A stretch of DNA of 64,000 bases, taken from Anaerolineae bacterium. GTDB lineage: Bacteria > Chloroflexota > Anaerolineae > CG2-30-64-16. The stretch covers positions 573,061 through 637,060 of the forward strand of contig JAXGYZ010000002.1 in NCBI GenBank assembly GCA_040772005.1. Reading direction: 5' to 3'. Under the pieces are notes generated by a model. It saw only the letters and a program-made list of their open reading frames with translations. It searched no databases and had not been told where the DNA came from. Shown piece after piece: positions 38,654 through 48,626 of this stretch. Position numbers and translations under genes: made by a program. Every line of letters starts with the position of its first letter. Within the stretch, counting starts at the first letter, position 1.

Positions 38654-40576
38654 CTATAGAGCGGCGGCGCGCAGCCAGACGCGCATCTCGCCGGGCGCGC
38701 GGTTGGCCCAGGCGTAATACGGGACCGCCAGCAGCTCGACCGCGCGCGTGGCGGGCGGCTCGGTGCGATAGAGGTCCCCCTCCGGCCAATCCGCTGCGTC
38801 GACCACGCGGGCCGGCCCGCGCAGCACGACCACGCCGCCCAACAGGTCGGGGTGGTCCTCGTGGACGAATTGCCCGCCGGTCACGGCCGCGGGGTCGACC
38901 GAGAGGCGGTCCAGCGCGCCATCCGCGGCGCCGTGGTCCGCGGCCTCGAGGCAGTAGACGAGCGGCCCGCGCTGGAGCGCGACGCGGCCCTGGAGCTGGC
39001 GGATGGCCGGGTGCGGGTAGACGGTGCGGATGGGCATCGCCATGTCGAACTCCACGACGTCGCCCGGCTGCCACTCGCACGTGAGCGCGAGATAGCCGTT
39101 TGCGGCGGGCGCGGCGTCGGGCAGCGGCTCGCCGTTGATGTGCACCTGCCAGTCCGTGCACCAGCCCGGCACGCGCAGGTGCAGGGTGAACCGCTGCGCG
39201 GCCGCCGGCTCGACCGTGATGCGCACCGCGCCGTCCCACGGATAGCGCGTGACCTGGCGCAGCGTCACGGGACGGCCTGCGACGTCGAGTGTCGCGGTGG
39301 AGCTGCCGTAGAGGTGGACCCACGCGGCACCCGGGCCGGTCGAGTAGAAGTAGCCGCCGAGGCCGGCAAGGACACGCGCGATGTTCGGCGGGCAGCAGGG
39401 ACAGAGGAACCACGGCTCGCGCTGGCGGTCGCCCGCGCTGGCGAGCGGGTTCTCGTAGAAGAAGGCGTCGCCGGCGAGCGAGACGCCGCTGAGGAAGCCG
39501 TTGTACAGCCCGCGCTCCAACACGTCCGTGTAGCGGCGGTCGCCCTCGAACTGGGCCAGGCGGTGCGCCCACAGCATCAGGCCGATGGTGGCGCAGGTCT
39601 CCGCGTAGGCGGTCTCGTCGGGCAGGTCGTAGTCGAGGGTGAAGCCCTCGTTGTGGCGCGACGGGCCGATGCCGCCGGTCAGGTACATGCGGCGGCCGAT
39701 CAGGTTGTCCCACAGGCGGCCGGCGGTGGCGAGCAGCGTGGCGTCGCGGTTCTCGTGCGCCAGGTCGGTCGCGGCGCTGAGCAGGTACACCGCGCGCACC
39801 GCGTGGCCCACGACCTTCTCCTGCTCGCGCAGCGGCACGTGCGCCTGGCAGTACTCGTAGGTCTTGGCCCAGAAGGCCGCGGGGTCCTCCCCGCGCGCCC
39901 GCGCCTCGATGTCGTAGTAGTGCGGCTGGGTCCCCCGCTCGTCCACGAAGTAGGTCGCCAGGCGGAGATAGCGGTCGTTGCCGGTCGCGCGGTAGAGGCG
40001 GACGAGGGCCAGCTCGATCTCGGGGTGGCCGGGATAGCCGGCCAGCTTGCCCGGCCCGCGTCCGAAGGTGGCGTCGATGTGGTCGGCATAGCGACAGAGG
40101 GCATCCAGCAGCTTGCGGTCGCCGGTGGCCTCGGCGTGTGCAACCGCGGCCTCCATCCAGTGCCCGGCGCAGTAAAGCTCGTGCCAGTCGCGCAGGTTCT
40201 TCCAGCGCATGTCGGGCTGCGTGCGGATGAAGTGGGTGTTCAGGTAGCCGTCGGGCTGCTGTGCGGCGACGACCTTATCCACCACGGCATTGACGATGCC
40301 CGCAAGCGCGGGATCGGGATGCACGGCGAGGGAATAGCTGGCGGCCTCCACCCACTTCGCAGGGTCGGAGTCACCGAAAATCAGGACGATGGGCGACGGG
40401 ACCGGGCGCTCGAACTCGAGGTCGAACGCGGCGATGCGGCCGGTCTCCTCCAGCTTGCGGTAGATGTGGGGGAGGGTGACGGTGCGGTTCGTCTCGATGC
40501 GGGGCGACCAGAAGCCATCCCCGAAGCGGACGCTCTTGTAGGACACGGGAGTGAGCTGTTGTTGCGGCGCGGACAT
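38654..40576 (-). CDS. Glycoside hydrolase family 127 (beta-L-arabinofuranosidase-like, DUF1680)
   Basis: 640 aa. Cys-rich zinc/catalytic motif [10 protein letters not shown], as in HypBA1. AAGGAGAG RBS. Confidence 0.8.
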   Translation of the reverse strand: MSAPQQQLTPVSYKSVRFGDGFWSPRIETNRTVTLPHIYRKLEETGRIAAFDLEFERPVPSPIVLIFGDSDPAKWVEAASYSLAVHPDPALAGIVNAVVDKVVAAQQPDGYLNTHFIRTQPDMRWKNLRDWHELYCAGHWMEAAVAHAEATGDRKLLDALCRYADHIDATFGRGPGKLAGYPGHPEIELALVRLYRATGNDRYLRLATYFVDERGTQPHYYDIEARARGEDPAAFWAKTYEYCQAHVPLREQEKVVGHAVRAVYLLSAATDLAHENRDATLLATAGRLWDNLIGRRMYLTGGIGPSRHNEGFTLDYDLPDETAYAETCATIGLMLWAHRLAQFEGDRRYTDVLERGLYNGFLSGVSLAGDAFFYENPLASAGDRQREPWFLCPCCPPNIARVLAGLGGYFYSTGPGAAWVHLYGSSTATLDVAGRPVTLRQVTRYPWDGAVRITVEPAAAQRFTLHLRVPGWCTDWQVHINGEPLPDAAPAANGYLALTCEWQPGDVVEFDMAMPIRTVYPHPAIRQLQGRVALQRGPLVYCLEAADHGAADGALDRLSVDPAAVTGGQFVHEDHPDLLGGVVVLRGPARVVDAADWPEGDLYRTEPPATRAVELLAVPYYAWANRAPGEMRVWLRAAAL

Positions 40577-40633
40577 GGTTCTCTCCTTGCGCGATTCCCG
40601 CCGGGCGGGACCTGTGTTGGCATTGTAACGCAG

Positions 40634-40715
40634 GGGCGCTAAAGCGCCTACTACGAACCGGGTTGAGGGCGTGGGCGAGAGTTTGTAGTGGGCGCTTCAG
40701 CGCCTGCTACGAACC
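40634..40715. repeat. Family-E hairpin repeats (two adjacent units)
   Basis: ggcgctaaagcgcctactacgaacc ... gtttgtagtgggcgcttcagcgcctgctacgaacc. Confidence 0.45.
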
Positions 40716-40722
40716 ACCAGGG

Positions 40723-40894
40723 CGAAATCATGTTGCACTCGTGCCTTCTGCCTGGCAGTTGAAACTGCGGCTACCACTGCAAAACCGACCTGCGTCGGTT
40801 AGTTTCCAGTCTGCGAAGGCAGACTTCGCAACGGTAGCCGCAACTTCAGTTGCCGGGTGGGTTCACCTGATGCACTCTGAAACCGCCCTGACGA
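40723..40894 (+). repeat. Family-D structured element, diverged single copy (about 88% to array units)
   Basis: Stems are preserved by compensatory changes (aaccgac...gtcggtt versus aaccggc...gccggtt). Confidence 0.6.
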
Positions 40895-41009
40895 ACCACC
40901 TGGAGGGCTTGAGCAACCGCCGGTTGGATGGTAAGATGCCAGGGCACGGGCCGCGCAACGGGCGCCAGGTTCGGGCGTAATAGTGAAGAGGATGTAAGCG
41001 AGCGGCCGC

Positions 41010-41489
41010 TCAGTCCGGGGGCAGTTCGATCAGCCGGGGATGCAGCACGCCCTCGATCACGTCGATGACCGCGACGGTGACGGGCAGGGTAAAGCGCCGC
41101 GGCCCGGCGCTGCCGGGGTTCAGCCAGAGGACCCCGTCGCGCAGGGCGATCGACGGGCGGTGCGTGTGGCCGCTGATGATCGCGGCGTAGCCCGGCGCAG
41201 CAGCGTTCACGCCGAAGTGGCCGAGGTAATTGGCGTCGTGCAGGACACAGAACCGGGCGGGGCCGGCCGCGACGACCTGCCATTCGGGGAGCGCGCCGGC
41301 CCACGCGCCGCGGTCGACGTTGCCGCGCACGGCCATGACCGGCGCGAGCTCATGCAGCGCGTTGAGAATCTCGGGCCGGCCCACGTCACCCGCGTGGATG
41401 ATGAGCTCCGACCCGGCCAGCGCGTCGAGCGCCTCCGGCCGCAGGAGGCCGTGCGTGTCCGAGATGACGCCGATGCGGTGGGTAGACAT
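41010..41489 (-). CDS. Metallophosphoesterase (YfcE/MJ0936-type phosphodiesterase)
   Basis: IGVISDTHG ... GDV ... GNVD ... GHTH motif series. Confidence 0.7.
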   Translation of the reverse strand: MSTHRIGVISDTHGLLRPEALDALAGSELIIHAGDVGRPEILNALHELAPVMAVRGNVDRGAWAGALPEWQVVAAGPARFCVLHDANYLGHFGVNAAAPGYAAIISGHTHRPSIALRDGVLWLNPGSAGPRRFTLPVTVAVIDVIEGVLHPRLIELPPD

Positions 41490-41538
41490 GGATTGCACTC
41501 TAAACCGATTCTGGAGTGAGTATCGCGGTCAGAACTGA

Positions 41539-41596
41539 GACAGGATTGACAGGATTGACGGGATTATTCCTGTAAATCCTGTCAATCCTGTCCAGT
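41539..41596. promoter_or_regulatory. Long imperfect palindrome of CAGGATTGA units in the divergent promoter region (operator candidate)
   Basis: gacaggattgacaggattgacgggatta / ttcctgtaaatcctgtcaatcctgtc, with 17 bp of exact complementarity. Lies between the divergently transcribed 41489 and 41686 genes. Confidence 0.4.
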
Positions 41597-41685
41597 ATCG
41601 CCTCTGGTTTTCACATGGGACTGAGTATAGCTGGCAGAAACCGCGCGTGTCAATGCCCGTATGTATCTGGTGAGGATGGAGTGGT

Positions 41686-42867
41686 ATGCCCGAACCATCG
41701 GTCCTGGGGGTCTTCGGTGCGGTGATTCTCGCGCGGCTGCTCCTGCCGCTGCTGATCCCGAAATATCCGCTGCCCGCGATCCTCCTCTGCCTCCTCGTGG
41801 ACGGGGTGGACCAGACCGTCTTCCAGACTTTCACGAACGTGCCGCTCGACGGCTATCAGAGCTTCGACAAGGCGCTCGACATCTATTACCTGGTCATCGC
41901 ATATCTCTCGACGCTGCGCAACTGGCGGAACAGCCATGCATTCGGCATCAGCCGTTTTCTGCTCTATTACCGGCTCGTCGGCGTCGTGCTGTTCGAGCTG
42001 TCGGAGTGGCGGCCTCTGCTGCTCATCTTCCCGAACACTTTCGAGTACTTTTTTATTTACTACGAGGCTGCGCGCAGCGGGTGGCACGCGTCGCGGCTCT
42101 CGCGCCGGACACTGCTCCTGGTAGCCGGGGGCATCTGGGTGTTCATCAAGCTGCCGCAGGAGTGGTGGATCCACATCGCGCAACTCGACGTGACCGACCT
42201 GGTCAAGACCAAGCTGTTCGGCGCAGCGGCCAATGCATCCTGGGGCGAGGCCGTCGCAGCCGCGCCACTCGTCCTGGCCGCGCTGCTCGCTACGGTGCTG
42301 CTGCTGGCGTTCGCCGCCTGGCGGCTGGTCATTCCCCGGCTGCCGCGGCCGGAGCACTCGTTCAGGCTGTCGGCGGGCCCGCCGCCCGCGGCCGCGGACA
42401 CCGCGGAGGAACGCCGCACCATCTTCGCCTACACGCGGCGGCCGTTGGACCGCATCGCGCTGGAGAAGGTCGTGCTCGTGACCCTGGTCACGCTGATTTT
42501 TGCGCAAATCCTGCCCGACTTGCAGTCGAGCAACCTGCGGCTGGCGCTGGGCGTGACAGTCATCGCGCTCATCAATTCGGTGGCGAGTTACGGACTGGCG
42601 CACCGCGGCTACGGCTGGCAGAACGCGCTCGTGCATTTCGCCGTACTTGGCACGGTGAACGCCGGTGTCGCGGCTGTCGCTTACCTGCTGTTCGACCTCG
42701 GCCGGCCCATCAACCTGGGGGATGCGTTGTTCCTGTTGCTGCTGCTTACATTGCTGGTCACGCTCCACGACTACTACCAGCCGATGCACGCGGTGCGGTT
42801 CGACGCAGAGGCGCGGGCGGCGAGCGCGATGGTGGGCGAGGGCGGACGATTGAAGATTGAAGATTGA
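41686..42867 (+). CDS. Hypothetical polytopic membrane protein (393 aa)
   Basis: GGAGTGG RBS. About 9 predicted TM segments. The C-terminal ...GGRLKIED* and stop codon are supplied by the GATTGAA repeat. Confidence 0.55.
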   Translation: MPEPSVLGVFGAVILARLLLPLLIPKYPLPAILLCLLVDGVDQTVFQTFTNVPLDGYQSFDKALDIYYLVIAYLSTLRNWRNSHAFGISRFLLYYRLVGVVLFELSEWRPLLLIFPNTFEYFFIYYEAARSGWHASRLSRRTLLLVAGGIWVFIKLPQEWWIHIAQLDVTDLVKTKLFGAAANASWGEAVAAAPLVLAALLATVLLLAFAAWRLVIPRLPRPEHSFRLSAGPPPAAADTAEERRTIFAYTRRPLDRIALEKVVLVTLVTLIFAQILPDLQSSNLRLALGVTVIALINSVASYGLAHRGYGWQNALVHFAVLGTVNAGVAAVAYLLFDLGRPINLGDALFLLLLLTLLVTLHDYYQPMHAVRFDAEARAASAMVGEGGRLKIED

Positions 42868-42877
42868 AGATTGGAGA
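42848..42877. repeat. GATTGAA heptamer repeat (4.3 units) spanning the stop of the upstream gene and the RBS of the next
   Basis: gattgaagattgaagattgaagattggaga. Confidence 0.6.
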
Positions 42878-43537
42878 ATGGAAACGAACATGAGCCGGTT
42901 AGATTTGTTGGCACAGATTCGGGAGCAGGTGGGGGAGCGGCTGGAGGATGGTCGGGTGCAGGGGCGCATGACTTTCTGCATCGAGGACGGCGCGCGGCTC
43001 GGCCCGGAGGCGCGGGAGCCTGCCGGTTACCGCCACGGTTCGCACTTTCACCCGCGCGCGTTCATCTTCGACCCCGTCACGCGGTTCGAGTTCCGGCCCG
43101 ACGGCGAGCTGCTACACTTTGCGGTGGGCGGGCTGCTGTGGCGGGAGGAAGGGGACGGGCCGCGCTACTGCCTGTTCCGGCGGCGGATGCACCCGACGGG
43201 CTATTACACGCTGCCGGCGGGCCACCTGGAACTCGGTGAGACGCCGGACCTGACGCTGCGCCGCGAGGTGTACGAGGAGACCGGCCTGGCAGTGCTCTCC
43301 GCGGAGCTGCTGTTCGAGGGCGAGCTGCCGGACGACTGCCGCCGCGGGGCAGATTACCACTACTGGCACGCGTACCTGTGCCGCTGCATCGGGGAGCCGG
43401 CGCTCTGCAACGAGTCGGACATCGTCGGGTGGTACACGCGTGCAGAGATCCTGCGCGACCTGCCGCTGACCTACCCGACCGGCGTGATTTGCGAGCGGCT
43501 GTTCGGTGAGTGGCCGGGCCGCGTGCGGGGGAGATAA
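42878..43537 (+). CDS. NUDIX hydrolase
   Basis: Nudix box GHLELGETPDLTLRREVYEETGL. Start at 42878 (GGAGA RBS) or 42890. Confidence 0.65.
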   Translation: METNMSRLDLLAQIREQVGERLEDGRVQGRMTFCIEDGARLGPEAREPAGYRHGSHFHPRAFIFDPVTRFEFRPDGELLHFAVGGLLWREEGDGPRYCLFRRRMHPTGYYTLPAGHLELGETPDLTLRREVYEETGLAVLSAELLFEGELPDDCRRGADYHYWHAYLCRCIGEPALCNESDIVGWYTRAEILRDLPLTYPTGVICERLFGEWPGRVRGR

Positions 43538-43626
43538 CCACGGAAGACGCGGAGCACACGGAATGACAAAATAATCTATCTGTTCCGCGTGCTCCGCGTC
43601 TTCCGCGGTTCCTATGGAGCAATCCG

Positions 43627-46600
43627 ATGGCTGATCCGCTTGACAGTTTTTCGCCGCCGGTGGCGCGGTGGTTCCGCGGGGCGTTCGGGCAGCCGACCGC
43701 GCCGCAGGCCGCGGGCTGGCCGCCCATCCAGCGCGGAGAGCACACGCTCATCCTCGCGCCGACCGGCTCAGGCAAGACGCTGGCCGCGTTCCTGTGGAGC
43801 ATCGACGAGATTTACCGGGAGCTGGCCGAAGACCGGGATCGCACCGGCGTGCGCCTGCTCTACGTCTCGCCGCTGAAGGCGCTCAACAACGACATCGAGC
43901 GCAACCTGCGCGCGCCGCTGGCGGGCATCCGCGCAACCGCAGAGGCCTTAGGTCAGCCGCTTCCGCCGCTGCACGTCTCCGTGCGCACGGGCGACACCCC
44001 GGCCGCGGCCCGCCAGGCGATGGTGCGCAAGCCGCCGCACATCCTCATCACCACGCCGGAATCGCTCTACCTGATCCTGTCCAGCCCGCGCGCCCGCGAT
44101 ATGCTCAAGACCGTGCGGACGGTCATCGTGGACGAAATCCACACCCTCGTCGGGGAGAAGCGCGGGGTCCACCTGACGCTCAGCCTCGAACGGCTCGAAC
44201 ACCTCGCCGGGCGACGCATCCAGCGCATCGGGCTGTCCGCGACCGTGCGCCCGCTGGAGGAGGCCGCGCGGTTCCTGGGGGGTCAGACGTTCGACGCGCT
44301 GCCGGACGGCGAATCGACAAACGCAGCCGGGACTCCGCGGTCCGGGGAGGCTGAGGCTGCGCCAACACCCCGGCCCGTGACCATCGTGGACACGGGTTAC
44401 CGGAAGCCGCTCGACCTGGAGGTCGTGACGCCGGTGGAGGACTTCCGCAACCTGCCCGGCACGACCATCTGGCCGACCGTCATCCCGCAGGTGCTGGGCG
44501 ACGTGATGCGCCACCGCTCCACGCTCATCTTCGCCAACAACCGCCGGCTGGCGGAGCGGACCGCGGACCGGCTCAACGCGCAGATTGCCGCGGAACGGTC
44601 GGAGGAAATTCCGCCGGGCAGCACCGAGGCGCTGGCGCCGGGCGGCATCGCGCGCGACCGCGGCATGTTCGCGATCGGCGCGGAGGGGCCTATCCGCGCG
44701 CACCACGGCAGTATGTCGCGCGAGGCGCGGCGCGATATGGAAGAAGACCTCAAGGCAGGGCGGCTTCCCGCGCTGGTCAGCACGGGCACGCTGGAACTGG
44801 GCATCGACATCGGCATGGTGGACCTGGTCATCCAGCTCCAGTCGCCCAAGAGCGTGAGCCAGGGGCTCCAGCGCGTCGGGCGGTCGGGCCACATGGTAGG
44901 GCAGACGAGCCGCGGGCGCATCTACGCGACGCACCGCGAGGACCTCGTGGAGGCGGCAGCCGTCGCGGCCGGGATGCGCGCGGGGGATGTCGAGGAGACG
45001 AGCACCCCGCGCAACGCGCTGGACGTGCTGGCCCAGCAAGTGCTCGCGGCCGTCTCGGTGGAGCCGTGGGACGCCGATGCGCTCTACCGGCTCGTCCGGC
45101 AGGCGTATCCGTACGCAGACCTGGCCCCGCGCGCATGGGAATCCGTGCTGGCGATGCTGTCGGGCCGCTTCCAGGGGGTCAGCGGCGTCGGCCACCCGTC
45201 GCTGCGCGCGCGCATCTCCTGGGATCGCATCAACAACGGGCTGGCGACGCTGCCCGGCGCGCGGCTGCTGGCACTCAATAACCCCGGCACCATCCCCGAC
45301 ACCGGCGCGTATGATGTCTACCTCGCTGACGGGAAGACGCGCGTCGGCACGCTGGATGAGGAGTTTATCTTCGAGACGCGGCCGGGCGACACCTTCCTCC
45401 TGGGGTCGAGCGTCTGGCGCGTCATGGCAATCGAGAACGACCGGGTAGTCGTCTCCGATGCCGCAGGGCATTTGCCGCGGATGCCGTTCTGGCACGGCGA
45501 TTATCCGTGGCGGCCCTACGAACTGGGCGTGCGCATCGGGCGGCTGCGCCGCGAGGTGGCGACGCAGGTCCGGCTGTACCAGAACGAACCGGAGAAGGTC
45601 ATTGCGTCGCTGCGCGAGGCTTACCTGCTGGACCGTAACTCCGCGGTCAATCTGTATGATTACGTCAACCGCCAGCTCGATGTGCTCGGCAGCATCTCGT
45701 CGGACGAGGAAATCATCATCGAGACGTTTGCGGATGCCGTGGGCGAGGCGCGCGCGGTCGTGCACTCACCGTTCGGCGGGCGCATCAACGGCGCGTGGGC
45801 GCTGGCGCTGGCGGACGCGCTGCGCGAACGGACGGGCGTGGACGTGGAGACGCAGGTCAACGACGACGGCATCCTGCTGCGCTTCCCCGGCGCCGCGCTC
45901 AGTGAGCTTAGCCTCGCGCCGGGCATTGCGACCGAGGCGGAGTCGCTCCATGCGCTGCGCGAGGCGGCGGGCGAGGGAGAGGTGACGCAGCCAGGCATCA
46001 TTTCGCCCGCGCACATCATCCGCCGGATGGGCGTGGACGAGGCGCGGCGGCGCATCCTGCGCGAGCTGCCCAACTCCGCGGTGTTCGGCGCGCGGTTCCG
46101 CATGAACGCGGCGCGAGCGCTGCTGCTGCCGCGGTCACGCGGGCACAAACGCACCCCGTTCTGGCTGCAGCGGCTCAAGGCGCGTGACCTGCTGGCCGCG
46201 GTGCGCAACCAGCCCGACTTCCCGATCATCGCGGAGACGTACCGCGACTGCCTGCGCGATGTGCTGGACCTGGAGCATCTCAACGAGGTGCTGCAGGGCA
46301 TCGAGGAGGGGCGCATCCGGGTGACCGCGGTCGAGACTGCTACACCGTCGCCGCTGGCCGCGGGCCTGCTGTATGCGTTCGCCAGCGTGTATATGTATGA
46401 GTGGGACACGCCGCAGGCTGAACGGCAGTTGCAGGAGCTGGCGCTCAGTCGCGAGCTGGTGGATGACCTGCTGGCGGGTGCGGGCTCGGGGCGGCTGCCG
46501 CTCAGGCCGGAGGCCGTGGCCGAGGTCACGGACGGGACCGCGCGGCCCGCGCGCACCGCGGATGAGCTGGCCGTGCTGCTGCTCCAGATGGGCGACCTGA

Positions 46601-48612
46601 CGGCAGCCGAGGTCGCCGCGCGGGCGGGCGAGGACGCCGTGCCGTGGCTGGCGGAACTGGCTGCGGCGGGCCGTGCGGTGGAGCTGGACCTGCGCACCGC
46701 GCACGGCAGCGAGCGGCGGTGGGTGGCCGCGGAACTGGCCGGGGAGTATGCGGGGCTGCTGGCGGACGCATCCGCCGGCGAGACCGACGCAGCCGAGGGC
46801 CTGACAGCCGTCCTGCAGCGCTACCTGCGCTCCGCCGGGCCGGTGACGCGCGAGGAGATCCTCGGCCGGTACGGGTTTGGGGAGGACTGGCTCACCGCGA
46901 CGCTGGACCGGCTCGTCGCCGCGCGCGAGCTGGTGCGCGGGCGGTTTGCATCCGAACGTTCGGCTGGGGACCAGTACTGCGACCGGCTCCTGTTCGAGCG
47001 GCTGTATCGCCGCACGCTGACGCTCCTGCGGCGGGAGGTTGCGCCCGTACCGCTGGAGGCATTTGCCGCGTTCCTCCTGCGCTGGCAGGGGACCGGGCCG
47101 GCGCGGCGCACGGAGCCTGACGCGACCGCCGCGGCGGTCGGGCAGTTGCGCGGTCTGGCGTTGCCGATGGCCGTGTGGGAGCGCGAGGTGCTGCCCGCGC
47201 GCGCGGCCCGCTACCGTGCGGCCGCGCTCGACGAGCTGCTGCGCAGCGGCGCGCGCGCATGGGTCTGCGCAGGCGGCGACGCCAAGCGCGCTGGTGGCGC
47301 CGCGCAGCGCGCCAACGTGCGCTTCGTCGGTCGCGGGGAGGGCGGGCTGTTCCTGCGCGACTTCCCCGTGGCGCTGCCCGATGCTGGGCTGGCGGACCCG
47401 GCCGACCGCGCCGCGGCCGCGATCTTCGGCTACCTCAAGGCGGAAGGCGCGTCGTTCGTGGCGGACCTCGCAGCGGGGCTGGGCCTGACGCCGGCCGCGC
47501 TGCGCGGCGGGCTCACGCGGCTGGCGCTGGCCGGGCTGGTCACCGGCGACAGCCTCGCGGCGTTGAGCGCGGTCCTGGATGAACCGGGAGCGTCGCGCGA
47601 GCGGCAGACCGGCGAGGGAATGCTCAGCGGGCTGGCCGCAGAACTGGCTGCCCGGCGACCGGGCCGCGGCAGGCGGGGGATGACGCGGCCCACACGCGAG
47701 AGCCTGTACGCGGCACAGCGCCGCGTGGAGGCGCGGCTGGCCCCGGATGAGCCGCGCGAGGGCGAAGGGTGGAGCGGGCGCTGGTCGGTCGTGAGCCGGG
47801 CCGCGGTGTTCGGGCCGCCGCGCAGCGCCGAAGACCGGGCGGCCGCGCTGGCGCCGCTGCTGCTGGCGCGCTACGGCGTGCTCACGTCCGAGCTGGTCGC
47901 ACGAAGCGAGAGCGCGTGGGCCTGGCTGGCGGGCGGGGAGGACAGCCCTGTCCTCCCGCAGCCGGCCGAGGCCGCGCTCGACTGGAATCCGCTGTACATG
48001 CAGTTGCAGCGGATGGAGCTGCGCGGGGAGGTGCGCCGGGGGTACTTCGTGCAGGGGCTGTCGGGCGTGCAGTTCGCACTGCCCGAGGCGGTGGAGGGGC
48101 TGCGCGCGAGCCGCGACACGCTGTACGGCGACGAGAGCGTGACCTGCCTGGTGAGCCTGGACCCGGCGAACCTGTATGGCGGGGAGGCGGGCGGGATAGG
48201 GCGCGGGCAGGGCGATCCTGCGACTGGAAGCTGGGGTCCTTCGACTGGAAGCTGGGGTCCTTTTGCTGCGGACGAGGCTTCAGCTTGGGCACGGTCAGAA
48301 ACTGGCCCCAGCGAGTTGTCCAATGGGCTGTATCGTTTCGCAAGGGTGCCTTCGACGCATGTGGTGTTGTGGCGGGGGAGGCCGGTGCTGCTGGCGGAGG
48401 ACAACGGCGCGCGGCTGACTGCGGCGGGGGTCGGGGAGGGCGTGCTCAGGGCTGCGCTGCGGGCGTACCTGCAGCGCCCCGGTGCGCCGAAGCGCACGAG
48501 CATTGCGATGTGGAACGGCGCGGACGTGCTCGGCAGCGCGGGCGAACCGCTGCTGCGCGGGCTGGGCGGCTCGCGCACGCCGGTGGGGATCGATGTGTGG
48601 TTGGAGGCGTGA
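43627..48612 (+). CDS. lhr: ATP-dependent helicase Lhr (large helicase-related, superfamily 2 DEAH)
   Basis: LAPTGSGKT Walker A; VIVDEIHTL DEAH box; 1661 aa with a long Lhr-type C-terminal extension. Confidence 0.85.
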   Translation: MADPLDSFSPPVARWFRGAFGQPTAPQAAGWPPIQRGEHTLILAPTGSGKTLAAFLWSIDEIYRELAEDRDRTGVRLLYVSPLKALNNDIERNLRAPLAGIRATAEALGQPLPPLHVSVRTGDTPAAARQAMVRKPPHILITTPESLYLILSSPRARDMLKTVRTVIVDEIHTLVGEKRGVHLTLSLERLEHLAGRRIQRIGLSATVRPLEEAARFLGGQTFDALPDGESTNAAGTPRSGEAEAAPTPRPVTIVDTGYRKPLDLEVVTPVEDFRNLPGTTIWPTVIPQVLGDVMRHRSTLIFANNRRLAERTADRLNAQIAAERSEEIPPGSTEALAPGGIARDRGMFAIGAEGPIRAHHGSMSREARRDMEEDLKAGRLPALVSTGTLELGIDIGMVDLVIQLQSPKSVSQGLQRVGRSGHMVGQTSRGRIYATHREDLVEAAAVAAGMRAGDVEETSTPRNALDVLAQQVLAAVSVEPWDADALYRLVRQAYPYADLAPRAWESVLAMLSGRFQGVSGVGHPSLRARISWDRINNGLATLPGARLLALNNPGTIPDTGAYDVYLADGKTRVGTLDEEFIFETRPGDTFLLGSSVWRVMAIENDRVVVSDAAGHLPRMPFWHGDYPWRPYELGVRIGRLRREVATQVRLYQNEPEKVIASLREAYLLDRNSAVNLYDYVNRQLDVLGSISSDEEIIIETFADAVGEARAVVHSPFGGRINGAWALALADALRERTGVDVETQVNDDGILLRFPGAALSELSLAPGIATEAESLHALREAAGEGEVTQPGIISPAHIIRRMGVDEARRRILRELPNSAVFGARFRMNAARALLLPRSRGHKRTPFWLQRLKARDLLAAVRNQPDFPIIAETYRDCLRDVLDLEHLNEVLQGIEEGRIRVTAVETATPSPLAAGLLYAFASVYMYEWDTPQAERQLQELALSRELVDDLLAGAGSGRLPLRPEAVAEVTDGTARPARTADELAVLLLQMGDLTAAEVAARAGEDAVPWLAELAAAGRAVELDLRTAHGSERRWVAAELAGEYAGLLADASAGETDAAEGLTAVLQRYLRSAGPVTREEILGRYGFGEDWLTATLDRLVAARELVRGRFASERSAGDQYCDRLLFERLYRRTLTLLRREVAPVPLEAFAAFLLRWQGTGPARRTEPDATAAAVGQLRGLALPMAVWEREVLPARAARYRAAALDELLRSGARAWVCAGGDAKRAGGAAQRANVRFVGRGEGGLFLRDFPVALPDAGLADPADRAAAAIFGYLKAEGASFVADLAAGLGLTPAALRGGLTRLALAGLVTGDSLAALSAVLDEPGASRERQTGEGMLSGLAAELAARRPGRGRRGMTRPTRESLYAAQRRVEARLAPDEPREGEGWSGRWSVVSRAAVFGPPRSAEDRAAALAPLLLARYGVLTSELVARSESAWAWLAGGEDSPVLPQPAEAALDWNPLYMQLQRMELRGEVRRGYFVQGLSGVQFALPEAVEGLRASRDTLYGDESVTCLVSLDPANLYGGEAGGIGRGQGDPATGSWGPSTGSWGPFAADEASAWARSETGPSELSNGLYRFARVPSTHVVLWRGRPVLLAEDNGARLTAAGVGEGVLRAALRAYLQRPGAPKRTSIAMWNGADVLGSAGEPLLRGLGGSRTPVGIDVWLEA
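48221..48262 (+). repeat. Perfect 21-bp tandem duplication inside lhr (encodes TGSWGPS-TGSWGPF)
   Basis: cgactggaagctggggtcctt occurs twice in tandem. Confidence 0.6.
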
Positions 48613-48626
48613 GAATTCCGTCTCCG

